Below, piece by piece: positions 24,155 to 37,490 of a DNA stretch of 63,684 nucleotides. Position 1 is the stretch's first letter. The number at the start of each line of letters is the position of its first letter. The position numbers and the translations under genes were made by a program. Under the pieces are notes generated by a model. That model was not told the DNA's origin. It ran no database searches and worked only from the letters and a program-made list of their open reading frames with translations. This DNA is from Lama guanicoe (Eukaryota). Where the stretch lies: positions 5,220,903 to 5,284,586 of the forward strand of contig MU054220.1 in NCBI GenBank assembly GCA_013239625.1, written 5' to 3'.

Positions 24155-24629
24155 CAGGTAGTAGCTTTCCTGTGATTCTGCACTTATGGATTTCCTGAAG
24201 GCAGACTTCCTGTCCTTTATTCCTGCAGCCTTTGAATGGTTATGCAAGTCTCTTTTTTTTCTATAATAATGTGCTTCCTACTTTGAATACCTATAGTGAT
24301 TATTTTTTGCCTGATTAAACACTGATAGATAAGACTACAGTTGACTGCCAGACCTTAAACTTTGTGACATATAATTTTAATCTTCTGGTTTGAATTATTC
24401 ATATTGAAAAATGTGTATACTACCTAGTGAGGGTACTTTATGGACAGGCCAGTATTCACATCTTAGACTGGCTATGTTGTAAACTGGTGGTGATCTCATA
24501 CACAATGGCTCTAGTAAAGAGATGAAATTTTGTTTCTTGGTGAGGTATGGTCCTCAGTTGAGAAGCAATAGCTCCTGCCTAAATGTGGAAGTGGAAGGAT
24601 TATAAAGAATTCTAAGAAAATGAGTGTCA

Positions 24630-25030
24630 TGTATCGTTCAATTTTGCCTGTACAACAAACAATTTCAAATCTGAGTGGCTTACAACAACAAGCATTTATT
24701 TTCTTGTTCACAGGTCTGCAGGTTGGCTGTAACTGTGCTGGGCTCAGCTGGGAATTAGCTGGGTTTGGCTCCAACTTTTGAGTTGAGTTCAGGTCAGTTC
24801 TGCATGTTTTTCCATTTTCCTTGGACTAGCAGCTCTCCCAAGCAGTTTCTTTTCATGACAAATCACAGGATCATTATAGGGCAAGGCAAAACAGATGAGA
24901 CATTTAGAGCTGCTGTTCACATCATGTCTGCTAACATTCCATTTGCTAAAGCAAGTTATATGACCAACCACACCATCGATAAAGCAGGGTAGTCTACTCT
25001 ACCCATGGTTGGAGGTATTACATGGTTCCT
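24630..25030 (-). mobile_element. MLT1H/I-type MaLR LTR
   Basis: 'agtggcttacaacaacaagcatttatt...cacaggtctgcaggttggctg...cacatcatgtctgctaacattccatttgctaaagcaagt'. Confidence 0.75.
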
Positions 25031-26684
25031 AGGCAAAACAGAGAGCTTTTATGATAAATTATAGTACAATGCTCAGTCAGGTCATGGCTTCAATCTATAA
25101 TATAGTTTTAATCATTTAATGCTTTATAGAGGAAAAAGAACAAGCAACTTGCGAAACTCTCTGGATAAAAGATACTTGTCAAGTAAAATTTTATACTAGA
25201 CTGAAAGTGAGGTGTGAGGAGAATAATAGAAAATTCTTAATAAAAAAGTGATTTAGAAGGTATTCAGCTGCCAGAGTCCTTCTCATCATTGTCTTCCTAG
25301 TGCCTGGACTGTAATATTAGATAAATATTTGTTGGGAATGAATTATTGACCTAATGGTATTGGTTGACCAGTAGGCTTTGTTGGGAAGGGTTTTGAATGT
25401 ATACAAGGGTCCAGAGGAGGGACATGTATTTACGATTTCTACATTACTTTTCCTTAGATGAGCTGGATCTCTTTCAGCTTTAACTCTATGACTGAGGTTC
25501 GCTAAAGGAAAAGAATCAAATTCATCTGTGAACACTCCATATACCTAAAAAAGAAGAGGAAAGCAGAGTTTCTCAATTCCACAAGTGGTTCAGCATATGT
25601 TTTTTGAAGTTGGGTCAGGATTCAGCATCTAGCAGACACTTTAGGGCCCTGTCCATATTCCCTCAGCACTTTCCATTTCCTTGCATTTTATAGGATGCTG
25701 TATTAAGTGAGATAATGCATGCTAGGCACTTTGCATAATGCCTGACGCATCAAAAATGCTTGCTATTATTGTGAACTATTTTATGAATTTAGTTGTAGTC
25801 ATTTATTACTGGAGAATTGAGATGGATTTACAGATCTACTGATGAATGGAAAGAGATGGAAAGTTCTGTGGTAAAAAAAGATTGCAGGTCTTCAAGGGAT
25901 GGTTCCAGTCCTCAGCCTTGTCCTTGGAGTCTCTGATAATAGTTATATGCTACAGAAAAAAAAAGATAGAAAGAAAGAAAGAGAGAGAGAAAAAACCAGA
26001 AGAAAACAAAATCAAAGTAGAACATTGTATTCTTTTGAATGTCTGATTTAGCCTGGGAGCTAAGAACAGGCTCACTTAATCACTATGGTAACATTTTCTG
26101 GCCTCCTTTCTTTCTTGTTCCTTTTCTCTCTCTCCTCCCACTTAACACTGGCTGAAGAAAACAGAATTGGAGAAATTTTCCCCTAAATAATCAAACATGC
26201 CAATTAGGAAGGAGAGACTGCCAGGTCCCAGGAGCTGAGTGGCAATTTGTAAGCACCAGTTACATCAAGGCACATGTGATGTTGCTGGAAGCCCAGCATC
26301 CTCAGAGAAGGCCAGTTTGATATGTTATCCAATTCATATGCATGAACGCCTGGCCTGCTGAGTGTGGTATTCCTCTGTCTACACTCCAGAGCAAAAGCAC
26401 AGAGTGAAGTGCCTACCATGCTGATTTTAGCCAAATGTTTGCAAAGTGTTGTTCCATTAATGGGAAGCTAGTTATAGCGGGAAGGGAACTACTCAGGAAT
26501 CCTCTTGGTATAAAGTATGGTGCTTAGCAGGAGCCCGATAGACTTGGGTTCACATTTTGGCTCCACCTGTCCATAGCTGTGTCACATTGGTTAATTTTCT
26601 GAACCACACTAAGCCCCTATAACCTTGCTGGTGAAATGGGGACAACATTGCCTCTTTTATAAGGTTATTTTAAGGATCATGTTA

Positions 26685-27540
26685 TCTCTTGCTCATAACT
26701 CTCCAGTGGTTTCTCAAAGAATTAAAATAAAATTCCAGCTCCTTATCCTGAATTAAGTATTTATCTGTCATCCAGTCACTGCCTGCCTTTCTGGCATCAT
26801 CACGTACCATTCTCCTTGTGCTCACCATAATCTGAATACTCTAGTCTTTTTTTTTTCCTTCCTCCAACATGCCAAACTTCCTCCAGTTTATCAAGACCTT
26901 TGCATTTGCTGTTCCCTTTGCCTGGAGTGCTCCTGCCCCCAGTTTTTTCATGCCACTTTCTTATCAAACATGCCTCAGCTTAATTCACCACCACCACCAC
27001 CACTGTCATTATCATTATCATCATTAACATTTAGTAAGTACTTCTCATGTGCTCAGAACTCTTCTTTAGCATTGTATGTGTCCTAACTCATTTAGTCTTC
27101 ATGTCAACCTTATGAGGTGGGTTCATTTATAATCCCCATTTTACGAATGAGGAGACTGAGGCACTGGAAGATTCAGGAACTTTCTCAAGGCCACACAGCT
27201 AAGACAGAGCTGGGATATGAATTGAAACAAAAGTAACCAGCTTACAGAAGTTGGTATTTAGTCTTTGTGTCTCTCTAGCCACTCAAACTTAAGGAGTCAT
27301 CTAGTCCCCTTCTCTCTCATTGCCTCGTTTAAATTCTTGGCATAGCAATTATCTTTGATATTTTTTCTCATCTAATTAACTTGTTGGTTTGTTTATTATG
27401 TGTTTTGTTATTTATGTAGCCATGAAAATGAACTAGACTGTTTTGTTCACTTCTGTATCCTCAGTGACTTGAAAAAAGCCTGGTACTTAAGAGATGTGCA
27501 ATAAATCCTAGTTGAATGAATGACTAAGTGGACGAATGTT
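26685..27540 (+). mobile_element. L2 3' region with a nested MIR (about 27010-27230)
   Basis: 'ccagtggtttctc...aaaattccagctcctta...cctttgcatttgctgttccctttgcctggagtgctc...gttgaatgaatga' L2 tail. Confidence 0.75.
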
Positions 27541-28559
27541 GTAAATGTAATGCCAGGTGCAAGTTTGTCAAGTAACAGGCTTTTAATACATGTTACTTTC
27601 TGTCATCCCCATGGCCTCCATTATGATTGAAGTGACTCCATTTTGACTATGATGGGGCCCCAGCTTTTCAGCACCTCTATGGGAATAGGCCATGACCCTC
27701 TCAGCCCCTCAGTGCCCTCCTGGGTCCCATTTCTCCCATCTTCCAAATCAGCAGCTTTAATGTGTAGCCTATCTTCAGGTTTAGATTTGGGAGAAATTTA
27801 AAATTGCTCTAAATCAGGGAAGGTTCAGATAGACTTATGTATTCTGACAAGTTCAAACTCCTTGTCTGAATTTTAGCACCCTGCATAAAGTGACTTGAAT
27901 CAGAAGATAGAATCCCTGTTTTCTTTGTGTTTCAGGTGCAGAGGGTTGAACTGAGCATGGTCCTCACTTTGTGGAATTGTTCTTCAGGGCTGTGTGTGTG
28001 CACACATACATTATTGTTGTTGGCCGAACAGAGCCTCTCTCATTTTTATTGAATTTATTCATTTCCTTTAATCTTTGTTCCAAACTCTCATTTCCTTTCC
28101 TCCTCACAGACAACCATTCTAATATTTTTAATGTATGTACTTTTGTGTGTGATTTTGTAAAGTGAGCTTTCTTGCTTTATCTTTCTGTATCGTTAATTTA
28201 TATAAATGGTATTGTATGATATACTATTATGTTGTTGCCTTTTTTCCAGTCTGTATGATGTGGTAATAGTCATTCATGTAGCTATCTGTGCATCTAGTCC
28301 AGTGCTTCTAATGGCCTTTTAGAGCTCTGTAGTGTGTACCAAACACCTTCTAACGTGACTCCTGGGGATAAACCTTTCCCGTCCAGGGTCTCCTCACAGT
28401 GCACTGGGTATCAGATTCTTTCATCTTGTCCTTCCTTTTGTTTCTCTGCATTCTTCCTTTCTCCTCATTCCACTTCACCCTGACTCAGCTTTATCACTGC
28501 CATGTCCCCGCTTTGCCCACCCACTTCCAGCACCTAGACTAAAGGTTGCAACTAAATAT

Positions 28560-29035
28560 TAATAATATATAATTCATTAAATAATTAATTCATTTGAAGA
28601 TATTTATTAACTTCATCTATGTACCAGAGAACTATTCTAGGAAATGGTAGTTTAACAGAGAACAAGACAGGCTTCCTACTTCCATGGAGCTGAGGTTTTA
28701 GAGGAGGGAGAAAAACAATAAATGATTGTACAAATAAATAGTATCTTTTCATAGAAAACCCTCTTTAAGAGATGGATTTGATCTGAACTCCAAATGACAG
28801 AAATAGTGATGCAAACATCTGGGTTCTGAGAGGATCTGGAAGCTAGAACAGCAAGTGCAGATGCCACATGGTGGGTACAGGTTTGGTCTGTTCAAGAAAC
28901 AGCAAAAAGATTAGCGTGGCTAGAGGAGAGTGGGAAGGAAACAGGCTGGAGAGGCCAGGTGAGACAGGGCGTGGTGAGGAGGGTGATTTTATTCTAAGTG
29001 CTTGGGGAAACCTATGGAAGATTTAAAGCAGGTAT
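28560..29035 (-). mobile_element. L2 fragment
   Basis: 'atttattaacttcatctatgtaccag...acttccatggagct...tgttcaagaaacagcaaaaaga...attttattctaagtg...gatttaaagcagg'. Confidence 0.7.
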
Positions 29036-30287
29036 TAGAGTATTTGTTATATGCAGATGATACCCTATTTCCTCTCACTGTAGTTAGTCTTGGAGGTGGG
29101 AGGGTTCTAGTTTGGTTTCTATATGGGCACTGGGGGCTTTCTCATTCTAGCCATTCTTCCCCTCGTGCAGTTGTCTCTGGCATAGGCACTGAGCTACATG
29201 TGTCCTATGCCGTGACACTGAGCTTGGGAAAACCATACCAGGCCATGCAGCATTCAAAACTAATGGCCCTGGACCTACTTGTCTCATAGACTTTTGAATC
29301 AGGAGGCAGCCCTCAAACCCACACAGGTACACTGAAGACAAATACTGTTGCCCTAGAGTCCAAGCTTCTCCCGTGATCAGGGTGCACCTGCCTATCACTA
29401 GAAAATGATGAATCCTGCCTGAGCAGTACAGAGATCTCTTTGTTCATGTTGCAGATACCTCAGGCTGAACTTTCCATTGTTTAGTCAGTTAAGCTAAAGT
29501 TTCAAATCACTAGATAATCCACTAAATATTCTAAATATTTTCTTCTTGGGGTAACACCTTACTTCTACACCTAGGTAAGCCTTAGCATTCACCTTTAATT
29601 GGGCCCCCAAACCACCTTTAAGATTATGTTGCAAGTTGTACAGATGTAGTGGGTTCTTTCCTTACTGGTGTCCTTAACTGTAACCCCTTTTCTCTTCTGT
29701 CAGTGTCTCACCTCAGCAACTTAGGCCCAACACCCCCTGTCTCCAGCCTTGGAGCAGCCAATCCTCTAGTTTGTTTCTCTGCACCATAATGTTCAAGTGG
29801 TTAATGGCTCGTAAACAAGGAATGAGCTTTCAGTGAACATTTAAAGGAGTCCATGGTGAGTAATCTTTTGTGTTGTGAATAATCACCTGATAATTTATCT
29901 CCTTACAAGTATAGATTTGGAGTTTTTATTAAAGAATGTCCTTGTAGCAGTATTAAAGGGAATTAAGAGAATGTTTTTAGAAACTATTTGGCTGGGGGAG
30001 AGAGATAAAAAGAGGGTATTCAAGGTGAGTTAAGTGAGATCATGAGCTGTATAAAACTGTTTCTGGGGGAGTCTTTTGTTAACCTAAAGGAATAAATGTC
30101 TTTTTTAAACTTTTAATGGAATAAATGTCTTGAGGTAGTATTTTAGGGGAAAATATTTAGGGGTAGATTTTTAACTAGAAAAACTTACACCATGAACGCT
30201 TGGGAGCCCCCACATTTGTGAAACAGAGACCTAGTTATATGAAAGGGTAAGTGCAAACTTCCAAAATGTTTTGCATATGAATACATT

Positions 30288-30454
30288 CAGGACCAGCTAT
30301 ATAACTTGTGGGGGGCCCAGTGCAAAGTGAAAATGCAAGGCCTCTTGTTTATAAATTATTAAGAAATTTGAAGAGTGACAGTGGAGCATTAAACCAAGCA
30401 CGGGTCCTCCTATGTGGGACCCTGGATAGGGCACATGCCCATGAAATTGACTCT
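30288..30454. mobile_element. MER45-like hAT-Tip100 MITE
   Basis: 'caggaccagctatataacttgtggggggcccagtgcaaagtgaaaatgc...ttattaagaaattt...gagcattaaaccaagcac'. A related fragment lies at about 38050-38280. Confidence 0.75.
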
Positions 30455-31194
30455 AAGCACAGTTGCTTTTTCTGGCAAATTGTAAAAGATGCAGTCAATG
30501 TGAAGAGGCAAAAAGAATATGGACTTTGCGGAGACAAACCTGGGTTTTAGTCGTAAGTATTTACAATTTAGTACTTTCATGGCCAGTGGCAAGTCATATG
30601 ACCTCTCTGAGCTTCAGTGGAGATGCTCCTCTTTAGCTTGCAGTGTTCCTGAAGGGATTAATAATGCTTCAGTATAATGCCTTGCAAGGAGAAAATGCTC
30701 AGTATACAGTGGCTATGATGGTGATTGGACAATTGAATAAAAAAGCTGGAACTCTTTAATAGAATTTTGTTTTCCAGTGCCTGTTCCTACAACAGATCTT
30801 ATGACAATTACAGATTTCAAGCTTCTTTAAGACCGATTACGGGCATTAATAGAGATACTTACAGGAAGTGGTAGTGGAGGACTAGAAGGTTGAATATGAG
30901 ACTTTCCTCTTATTGGGATGCTTGTAATTTAGTTAATGGGTAAGACAAGAATGCAAGTAGCTGTAGTATAATGTGGAGTAAGATGAGTGGTGTAGGAGAG
31001 TTACTTGACCAAGAACAGAAGGTATTTAGAGAAAGATGAAATATGGTTAGAGAATAACTACAAGATTAAGGTGGTTCCTTTATTGCTGCAGAAGATGGAA
31101 TTGTTAAAGTGGAAGGAACAACTGCTACTACAAATCGAGATAGGCTGCACTTTCTTTGTGAAGATAAGTTGGTATGTGGGGTAACTGTGAGTTT

Positions 31195-32190
31195 TGTGGC
31201 TCCAGTGAATGATGCCTGGTACTGTCCTTGTGCTTATGTAGATCCTTCCCTTTGAATCTGGATGACCCTGTGACTTGTTTTACTCAGTAAAATGTGGCAG
31301 AAGTGACACTGTTCTAGTTCAAGCCCAAGCCTAAAGGAGTCCAGGTAGCTTTTACTTATGCACACTTAGGAGCCTTGAGTGACAGTTCTGGAGAGGTCAT
31401 CTGGAGAGACCACAAAGAGAGTCTGAGAATCTTGGAGGAGAACTAGGGAGCCCAGCCAATCACGAGAGCTGTGACCCAGATATTGACCCTAGTCAAGCTG
31501 TTGCAACCAGTCCCCAGATGTTTGAACTATCCTAGCTGAGGTGCCAGATATGTGAGTCAAGAGACCATCTAGAATATTCCAGCCTTGGCATGTATCATGT
31601 GGAGCAGAGATGAGCAAGCGCTACTGTGCCTTGTCTGAGTTCCTGACCCACAGAATAGTGAAATACAATGAGAGCTGTTTTAAGTCACCAAGTTTTGGGA
31701 CAGTTTGTTTTACAGCAGTAAATAATTAAAACAAAAATTGGTACCCAGAAGTAGTCTGCTGCTGTAACAAAAAGTGTAAAACATGGAGCACTGGCTTAGG
31801 AAATGGGTGGTGGTAGGGACCAGAAGTCCCTACTGGAGGAGACCAGAGGAGTGGTGAAAATTGATGCTGGAAAATATAAAACTGTTGTTATATTTTGGCA
31901 GAACAGTTGGTCATACTGTTGCCTTGGTCACATGGAAGACAGAATGAGTATCTCATGAATTTATGGATTTGGTAAGGAGATATCCAGTAAGAATGTGGAA
32001 AGTGCCAACTGGCTCCTCAGAGCTGCCTATCATAAAATAACGGGAAGATCAAGATGAGCTAAAGAAAGAACTTTTCCATTTTCAAATAGAATTCAGAGAA
32101 AGTGTAAGGAGTTAGCACTTACTGGGTTTGAAAATAAAACTATTTTTATTCCCAGCTTCCACAGCTTGCAAAACTTTTTTAAAAAAATTA
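31195..32190 (+). mobile_element. MLT1G/H-type MaLR LTR (to about 31733) followed by MaLR internal sequence
   Basis: LTR end 'gttttggg...ttacagcagtaaataattaaaaca' followed by the typical MaLR internal start 'aattggtacccagaagtag...gctgtaacaaaa'. Confidence 0.75.
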
Positions 32191-32199
32191 CACACAGTG

Positions 32200-33890
32200 C
32201 TTTTTGTGTTCACTTTAAATTTATGACCACAAACCTTAAATGGACATTCAACACTACTGGCTAATCATGATAGAATTTCCTAATAAACTCTTTTTCCCAG
32301 TCAGCAAGAATATTTTACAACTCCTTCTATCTTCAAATCTCTGGTACCCCTCTGCCATCTTTGATGCCTTTACTTCAGGCTTTATAGAGAAAAAAAGATG
32401 CAATTAAATAAAAATTAATTCATCTACCTGACACCAACTCTATTTTTTAATTCTTATTTTTTCAGGTTGATTTACGATGTTAATTTCAGGTATATAGCGA
32501 AGCAATTCAGTTATACATATACATACATATATATATTTTTTCAGTTTCTTTTCTATTACAACTCATTACAAGAAATTCAATATAGTTCCCTGTGCTATAT
32601 AGTATGTCCTTGTTGTTTATCTATTTTATATATAGTAATATATATCTGTTAATCCCAAATCCTAATCTGTCCCTCTCTACCCCTTTCCCCACCTGGTAAC
32701 CACAGTTTGTTTTGAATGTCTATGAGTCTATTTTTGGTTTATAAATAAAATTTTTATCTTTTCTTTTTCAGATTCCACATATAACCAACATCATGTGATA
32801 TCAGTCTTTCTCTATCTGACTTATTTCACTTAGTATAATATTTAGGTCCATTCACGTTGCTGCAAATGGCGTTATTTCATTCTTTTTTATGGCTGAGTAA
32901 TATTCCATTGTATAAGTATACCACATAGTCTTTATCCATTCATCTGCCGATGGACAAATAGTTTATTTCCATCTGACACCAATTCTATTAACCTCCCGCC
33001 TCTATCCACAGATTTTGCCTTTGCTCCTAATAAGAGAAGAAGTGCCTCTGCTCTTGTCCAAGGCAATCTCTCCACTTGTGTTTGGTTTACTCTCCTCTCA
33101 TTTAGTTAAGGATTTTGCGCCAGCAATGATCTCCATCTTGTCTAGCAACATAAAACTCCCCTGCTCTACTGGATTATTTCCATTGGCATTCAAACATGTC
33201 TTAATATGGCTTTAAAATATCTTCCCTTGGACTTGTATTTCTCTTAAGTTTCACAAGTGCCAGCTTACTTATCTATTCTCCCTCATAGGAAAACTTCTTG
33301 ACTGAGTAGCTAAAGATCGCTCTTTATACTTTTCCACTTTCCATTCTCTTCCTAAAGAACTTTTATGTTCACTCATTGAAATGATTCTTATCAAGGTCTC
33401 CAGTGACCCACATCTTGCCCAAACCAATGATGACCTCTGCCTCATCTTACAGGACCTCTTAGCAGCCTTTGACACATTGACCACTCCTTCTTTGATTTGA
33501 TACTGTCTTCTCCAGACTATTGTAATGCAAGTTTTATATAACTGTCCTCTCATATAATGGTCACTCCTTATCAGCCTATTTGACTGACTCATCCTCTTTA
33601 ATCAGACTTCTAAATGTGAAAGAAGCTCTTCTCTCCTTTATTGACACCTTTGCCCTGGCTTATGACTCTGAATACCATTCATCTACTGAAGACCCTTAAA
33701 GCCCAACATTTTTTTGTAGGGGGAGGGGCAGGATTCAGATTTATATATCCAACAACTGCCCTGAAGTCTCCACTTGGATGTCTACTAAGCACCTCAAAAA
33801 TATGGCCAAAATAAGAATATCAATTCTTACCTCCTCCGTGCACTCTTTCCCATATCAGGAAATGGCACCACTATCCAGGAATTCAGACAC
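32200..33890 (+). mobile_element. L2 ORF2/RT-region fragment interrupted by an L1 (32445-32972)
   Basis: L2 motifs 'tccaaggcaatctctccacttgtg', 'ctctactggattatttccattggcattcaaacatg', 'gacctcttagcagcctttgacaca', 'tctccacttggatgtct'. Confidence 0.75.
32445..32972 (-). mobile_element. 5'-truncated L1 (3'UTR plus ORF2 end)
   Basis: L1 3' end sequence. TSD ctgacaccaactctatt (32428-32444) / ctgacaccaattctatt (32973-32989). Confidence 0.9.
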
Positions 33891-35739
33891 TTGACACATG
33901 ATACCCAGACATTTCTCATATTCTCTTCCTCAAATGCTTCTAATTGGTCTAGTCTGCTTTTTTGATCTTCTAGGCTGTAATCAATATTAGTGACTCTTAT
34001 CACTGTTGCTCATCTGGTGAGTGTTTTTATTTTCATTGCCTTCCATTTTGGATTAGTCTAGAGTGAAAAACCAAGCGTAATTTATATCATTGAAATGACA
34101 TGAATAATCTCTTGGGGAGATAGAATGGCAGCATCCCTCTGAAATCAGGTCGCTAAGTAATCCTCTTAGCTGAGTACCAGCACCGTGAGCTCATTAGTGA
34201 GCACGTGGAGTCAGGACCTTGGTTTTCTCTCTTAGAAGACTGAAGACAGCCAGACGCAATCACTGCAACACCAGCAAGAACTCAACTATGGGGAGAAGTC
34301 ATGATGATACTGATGTCTGTGTCCAAAGAAGAGCAGCTTAGTTCTAGTTGTCTCTTTTCCCATTCCCAGAATCTGAGGACTGAAGAGGCATGATTAAAAT
34401 GACTACATGCCCTGTTTTAACAATAGGCATGTTTGGTAGTTAACCTGTAGGCATGATCTAGAATTCAGATACTATACTCTTTCAGGGAAAAGTGGGCTAT
34501 GTAAGCCAGTCAGAATGGTGGATTCTCTCCTGTTGTTAAGTAGTGTTCACATTGCAGTTTGGGAGAGCATTTCACATAAAAGATGCCCCCTGAGCAGACT
34601 AGCTGCTGGAATCACTCAATTTGGACTAGAAGATACAAATGTTTTCCTTGTTCCCAGGTTTTCAATTCCACATCCTTTCTTCCTTGCACTTCACTGCCAA
34701 CCACACTATAGTTATCTTGCACAGTCTGTGGTAAATAGCATGCTCTGGAGACAAATGAGGAAATGTTTGGCAGTGGGGAATTGGAAACTTATCTCAGTGT
34801 TTACTGCATGTCAAATATAGTGTTTCCTTTTCAGCTGGAGTCATCTGGCAGTTGCATTCTGGGCTGTTCTTGAATTATAGGAGAGGTTCTAGAGAATGTG
34901 TGGCTTTAAGATATGGAAGTCCCCAGCAATACTGGCATTTGTCCCTGGGTTTCCTGCATACATACCTTATGTGAGGTTGACCATCAGTCTCATCTCTTGG
35001 GTCTTTTTGGCCTATTATCCTTCCAGTTTCATTAGAAGGTGAGCTGACTCCTCAAAGAACAGGCTCTGGGCCTTCTTTGTGTGTGTGTGTGTGTCTTCCC
35101 GGTGCCTGGCATAGAGCAGTGATTAGTGATATTTGATTGAATGAATGAAAAAGGAAGCAAGCTAATTTATAAATGAAAAATTACAAAGGCAGTTACTGTA
35201 TCCCTTTTGGGAGACAGTATGATACAGTGGTATTTTGTGAATATCCCAGGTTTGTTTTAATATTATAAAATTATGATCTCCTTTAAGCGTCAACATGAGT
35301 TAGGTTATCTTATTCTAACTTTTTGATGAAAAGGTTGAGTCACCGAAGTTATATAGTTAGTAAGTGATGTTGCTAATACTCAAATGTATTTCTCTCTTAT
35401 AGCTTATTATTTTTAATTAAACCCCACATACAACAGAGATGCTAGGTTTGCATGAAATGTGCAGTGTTAATGTGTTGCAAGGTGATTTTGGTATCCAGTG
35501 GTCTCTGCACACAGATGTGGACGTGAGGCTTTCTTCAGGCACTCAAAGTCACCAAGTATCAGAATGGCAAAAGGAGGAGCTTCTAATTTATTCCTAAGAA
35601 TTAGTAAGAAATTCTTATTCCTCTATTTCCAGTTTTGCTACACTTCACCACGGAGTAATTTTTAGCAGCTGGCAAAAGTTCTTATTGGCTGTACTTACCC
35701 ATTTTGGGATATGTATGTCATTACCTCCCCAAATAATAG

Positions 35740-37490
35740 TAGTTTCATCACATAGGAGTTTATTTCCCCTGATTATCAAAAATGCCTGAGTCAATTCAGT
35801 CATTCCATGAAGTTGTCAATGACTCAGATTCCTTTCTCTTTTCACTCTGTCATATCTATACTGTGGTTTTCATTCTCAAGGTCATAAAAAAGCTCCTGTA
35901 TCTTCTAGGTCTCACACTTACATTCCAGATAGGAAAGAGGGGATGGGAAAAAAGAAAACAAAAAGCAATAGAAACAATCCAAATGACTCTCTCTTCTTTA
36001 AAAAACTTAGTATATCAGAGGCCGAGAGAGTGACACAGGGCCACCTTGAAACGTCATAGGACCAGGCACATTGCTACTTCATAAGAAATAGTTCTGTGAT
36101 TAAAGAAGAACAGGAGAGTGGATACTGTATAGGTATGACTGTTATTTGCCACTGGTGTAGACTGGCATCTACCCCTGTTCAACAACATCCATGCATACCC
36201 TTCTTTTCAGACATAGGTCAACATCCCCGACGTCTCTTTCAATGATAGAGTTCAACTCCAAGTCCCGAAGAGTTTATCGTGTTCTTGAGCTTCTGAAATG
36301 AATAAATTTGATGACAATTGTTTGTCTACTTCCTACACACACCAGTACATAGTGGTGGAAAAGGAAGAAAATAATAACGACGATAAAACTACAGTTCAGA
36401 AAAGGGGAGAACTGGAGACACAGCAGTCCAGGACCGTGGTCAGATCCTCTGGGTAGCGCGAGCGGTGCCCTCTTGCCCTAGCACACTTAGTGGGCTAAGT
36501 GCCTTGGATGTCGACTGGTAGCCCCTGGCTCTACTCTCCGGGACTATAGTCCTTGTCCATTATCCTCCAAGGCCAAAGTTTAGGACGACATTGAGAAGGA
36601 TATCTTCACTGCCTCTATAGCCCACTTCTTTCTGATGGAAACTAAGGACTTGGGGATTGTTTTAGGGGTTAAATAGTCACAGACCATTGGTGATCAAGTT
36701 TCTTTGGCAAAAATTTCTCTCAAAATTCTTGACAGGTATCTGGCCTGTTCACTACCTTTGAGAGTAATAACAGCACTTATCTTATTGTTTTTAAGCCTGA
36801 GGTTCTTCCCTGTTACCTATTGCTCTTTGTGCTGTGCCTACCATCCTGCTTCTTAGCTTAAGGCTGCTGATTTGAGGCAATTCAGAGCAGTGGGCTTCAG
36901 TGGCAGAACAACCTCATAATCCCCTCATTGCCCGCAGGTTAGCCTCCTCTCCCTTGCAGAGAACTATTAATGAAAGGTGTTTGGGGAAAGCCTGCAGCTT
37001 TGTGGCTGCCCTTTTTTTGTTTTTTTTTGTTTGTTTGTTTGTTTTTTTTTGATTTTTTTTTTGTTTTTTTTTTGATCATTTTTTTTTGTGGCTGCCCTTT
37101 TAAATCAGTTTTATTTTAGGATTATTGAAGAGCTTGGCTTATTCAACTGCAAGATTTCAAATTATGGGACTTCCACTTAAATTACCAGCTGCTGGCAGAC
37201 AGATTTTCCTTAGAAAATTGGTGCTTCCTTCCCTCTCTCCTCGTATTCTACTTACTCTAGACTAATTTCATCTGTCTCTTTCTGAATGTTGCTGAATGTG
37301 GCAAGAAGGGCCCTGTGCAGTTCCCTCTATTGGACACACCTTCTGTGCCATCTCATATGCTCATGGCCTATCCTACATCCCAGACTCACAGTTGCTAGAG
37401 AGTCTGTCCCCTCCATCACCTCACTTAACCTCAGCCACCTACCTCTATTACCAGCCAGCCACATGCCTAGGTCTCTGGCTTCTCCTGACA
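35740..37490 (-). mobile_element. Old MaLR element: LTR (about 35740-36150) plus internal sequence
   Basis: MLT1-like LTR motifs ('gactcagattcctttctc', 'cacttacattccag') followed by MaLR-internal-like sequence ('acatagtggtggaaaagg...ttcagaaaaggggagaac'). Boundaries approximate. Confidence 0.5.
37016..37084 (-). mobile_element. Poly(A)-only retrotransposon insertion
   Basis: T-rich tract between identical 17-bp repeats tttgtggctgccctttt (36999-37015 and 37085-37101). The minus-strand target reads TTT/AAAA. Confidence 0.8.
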
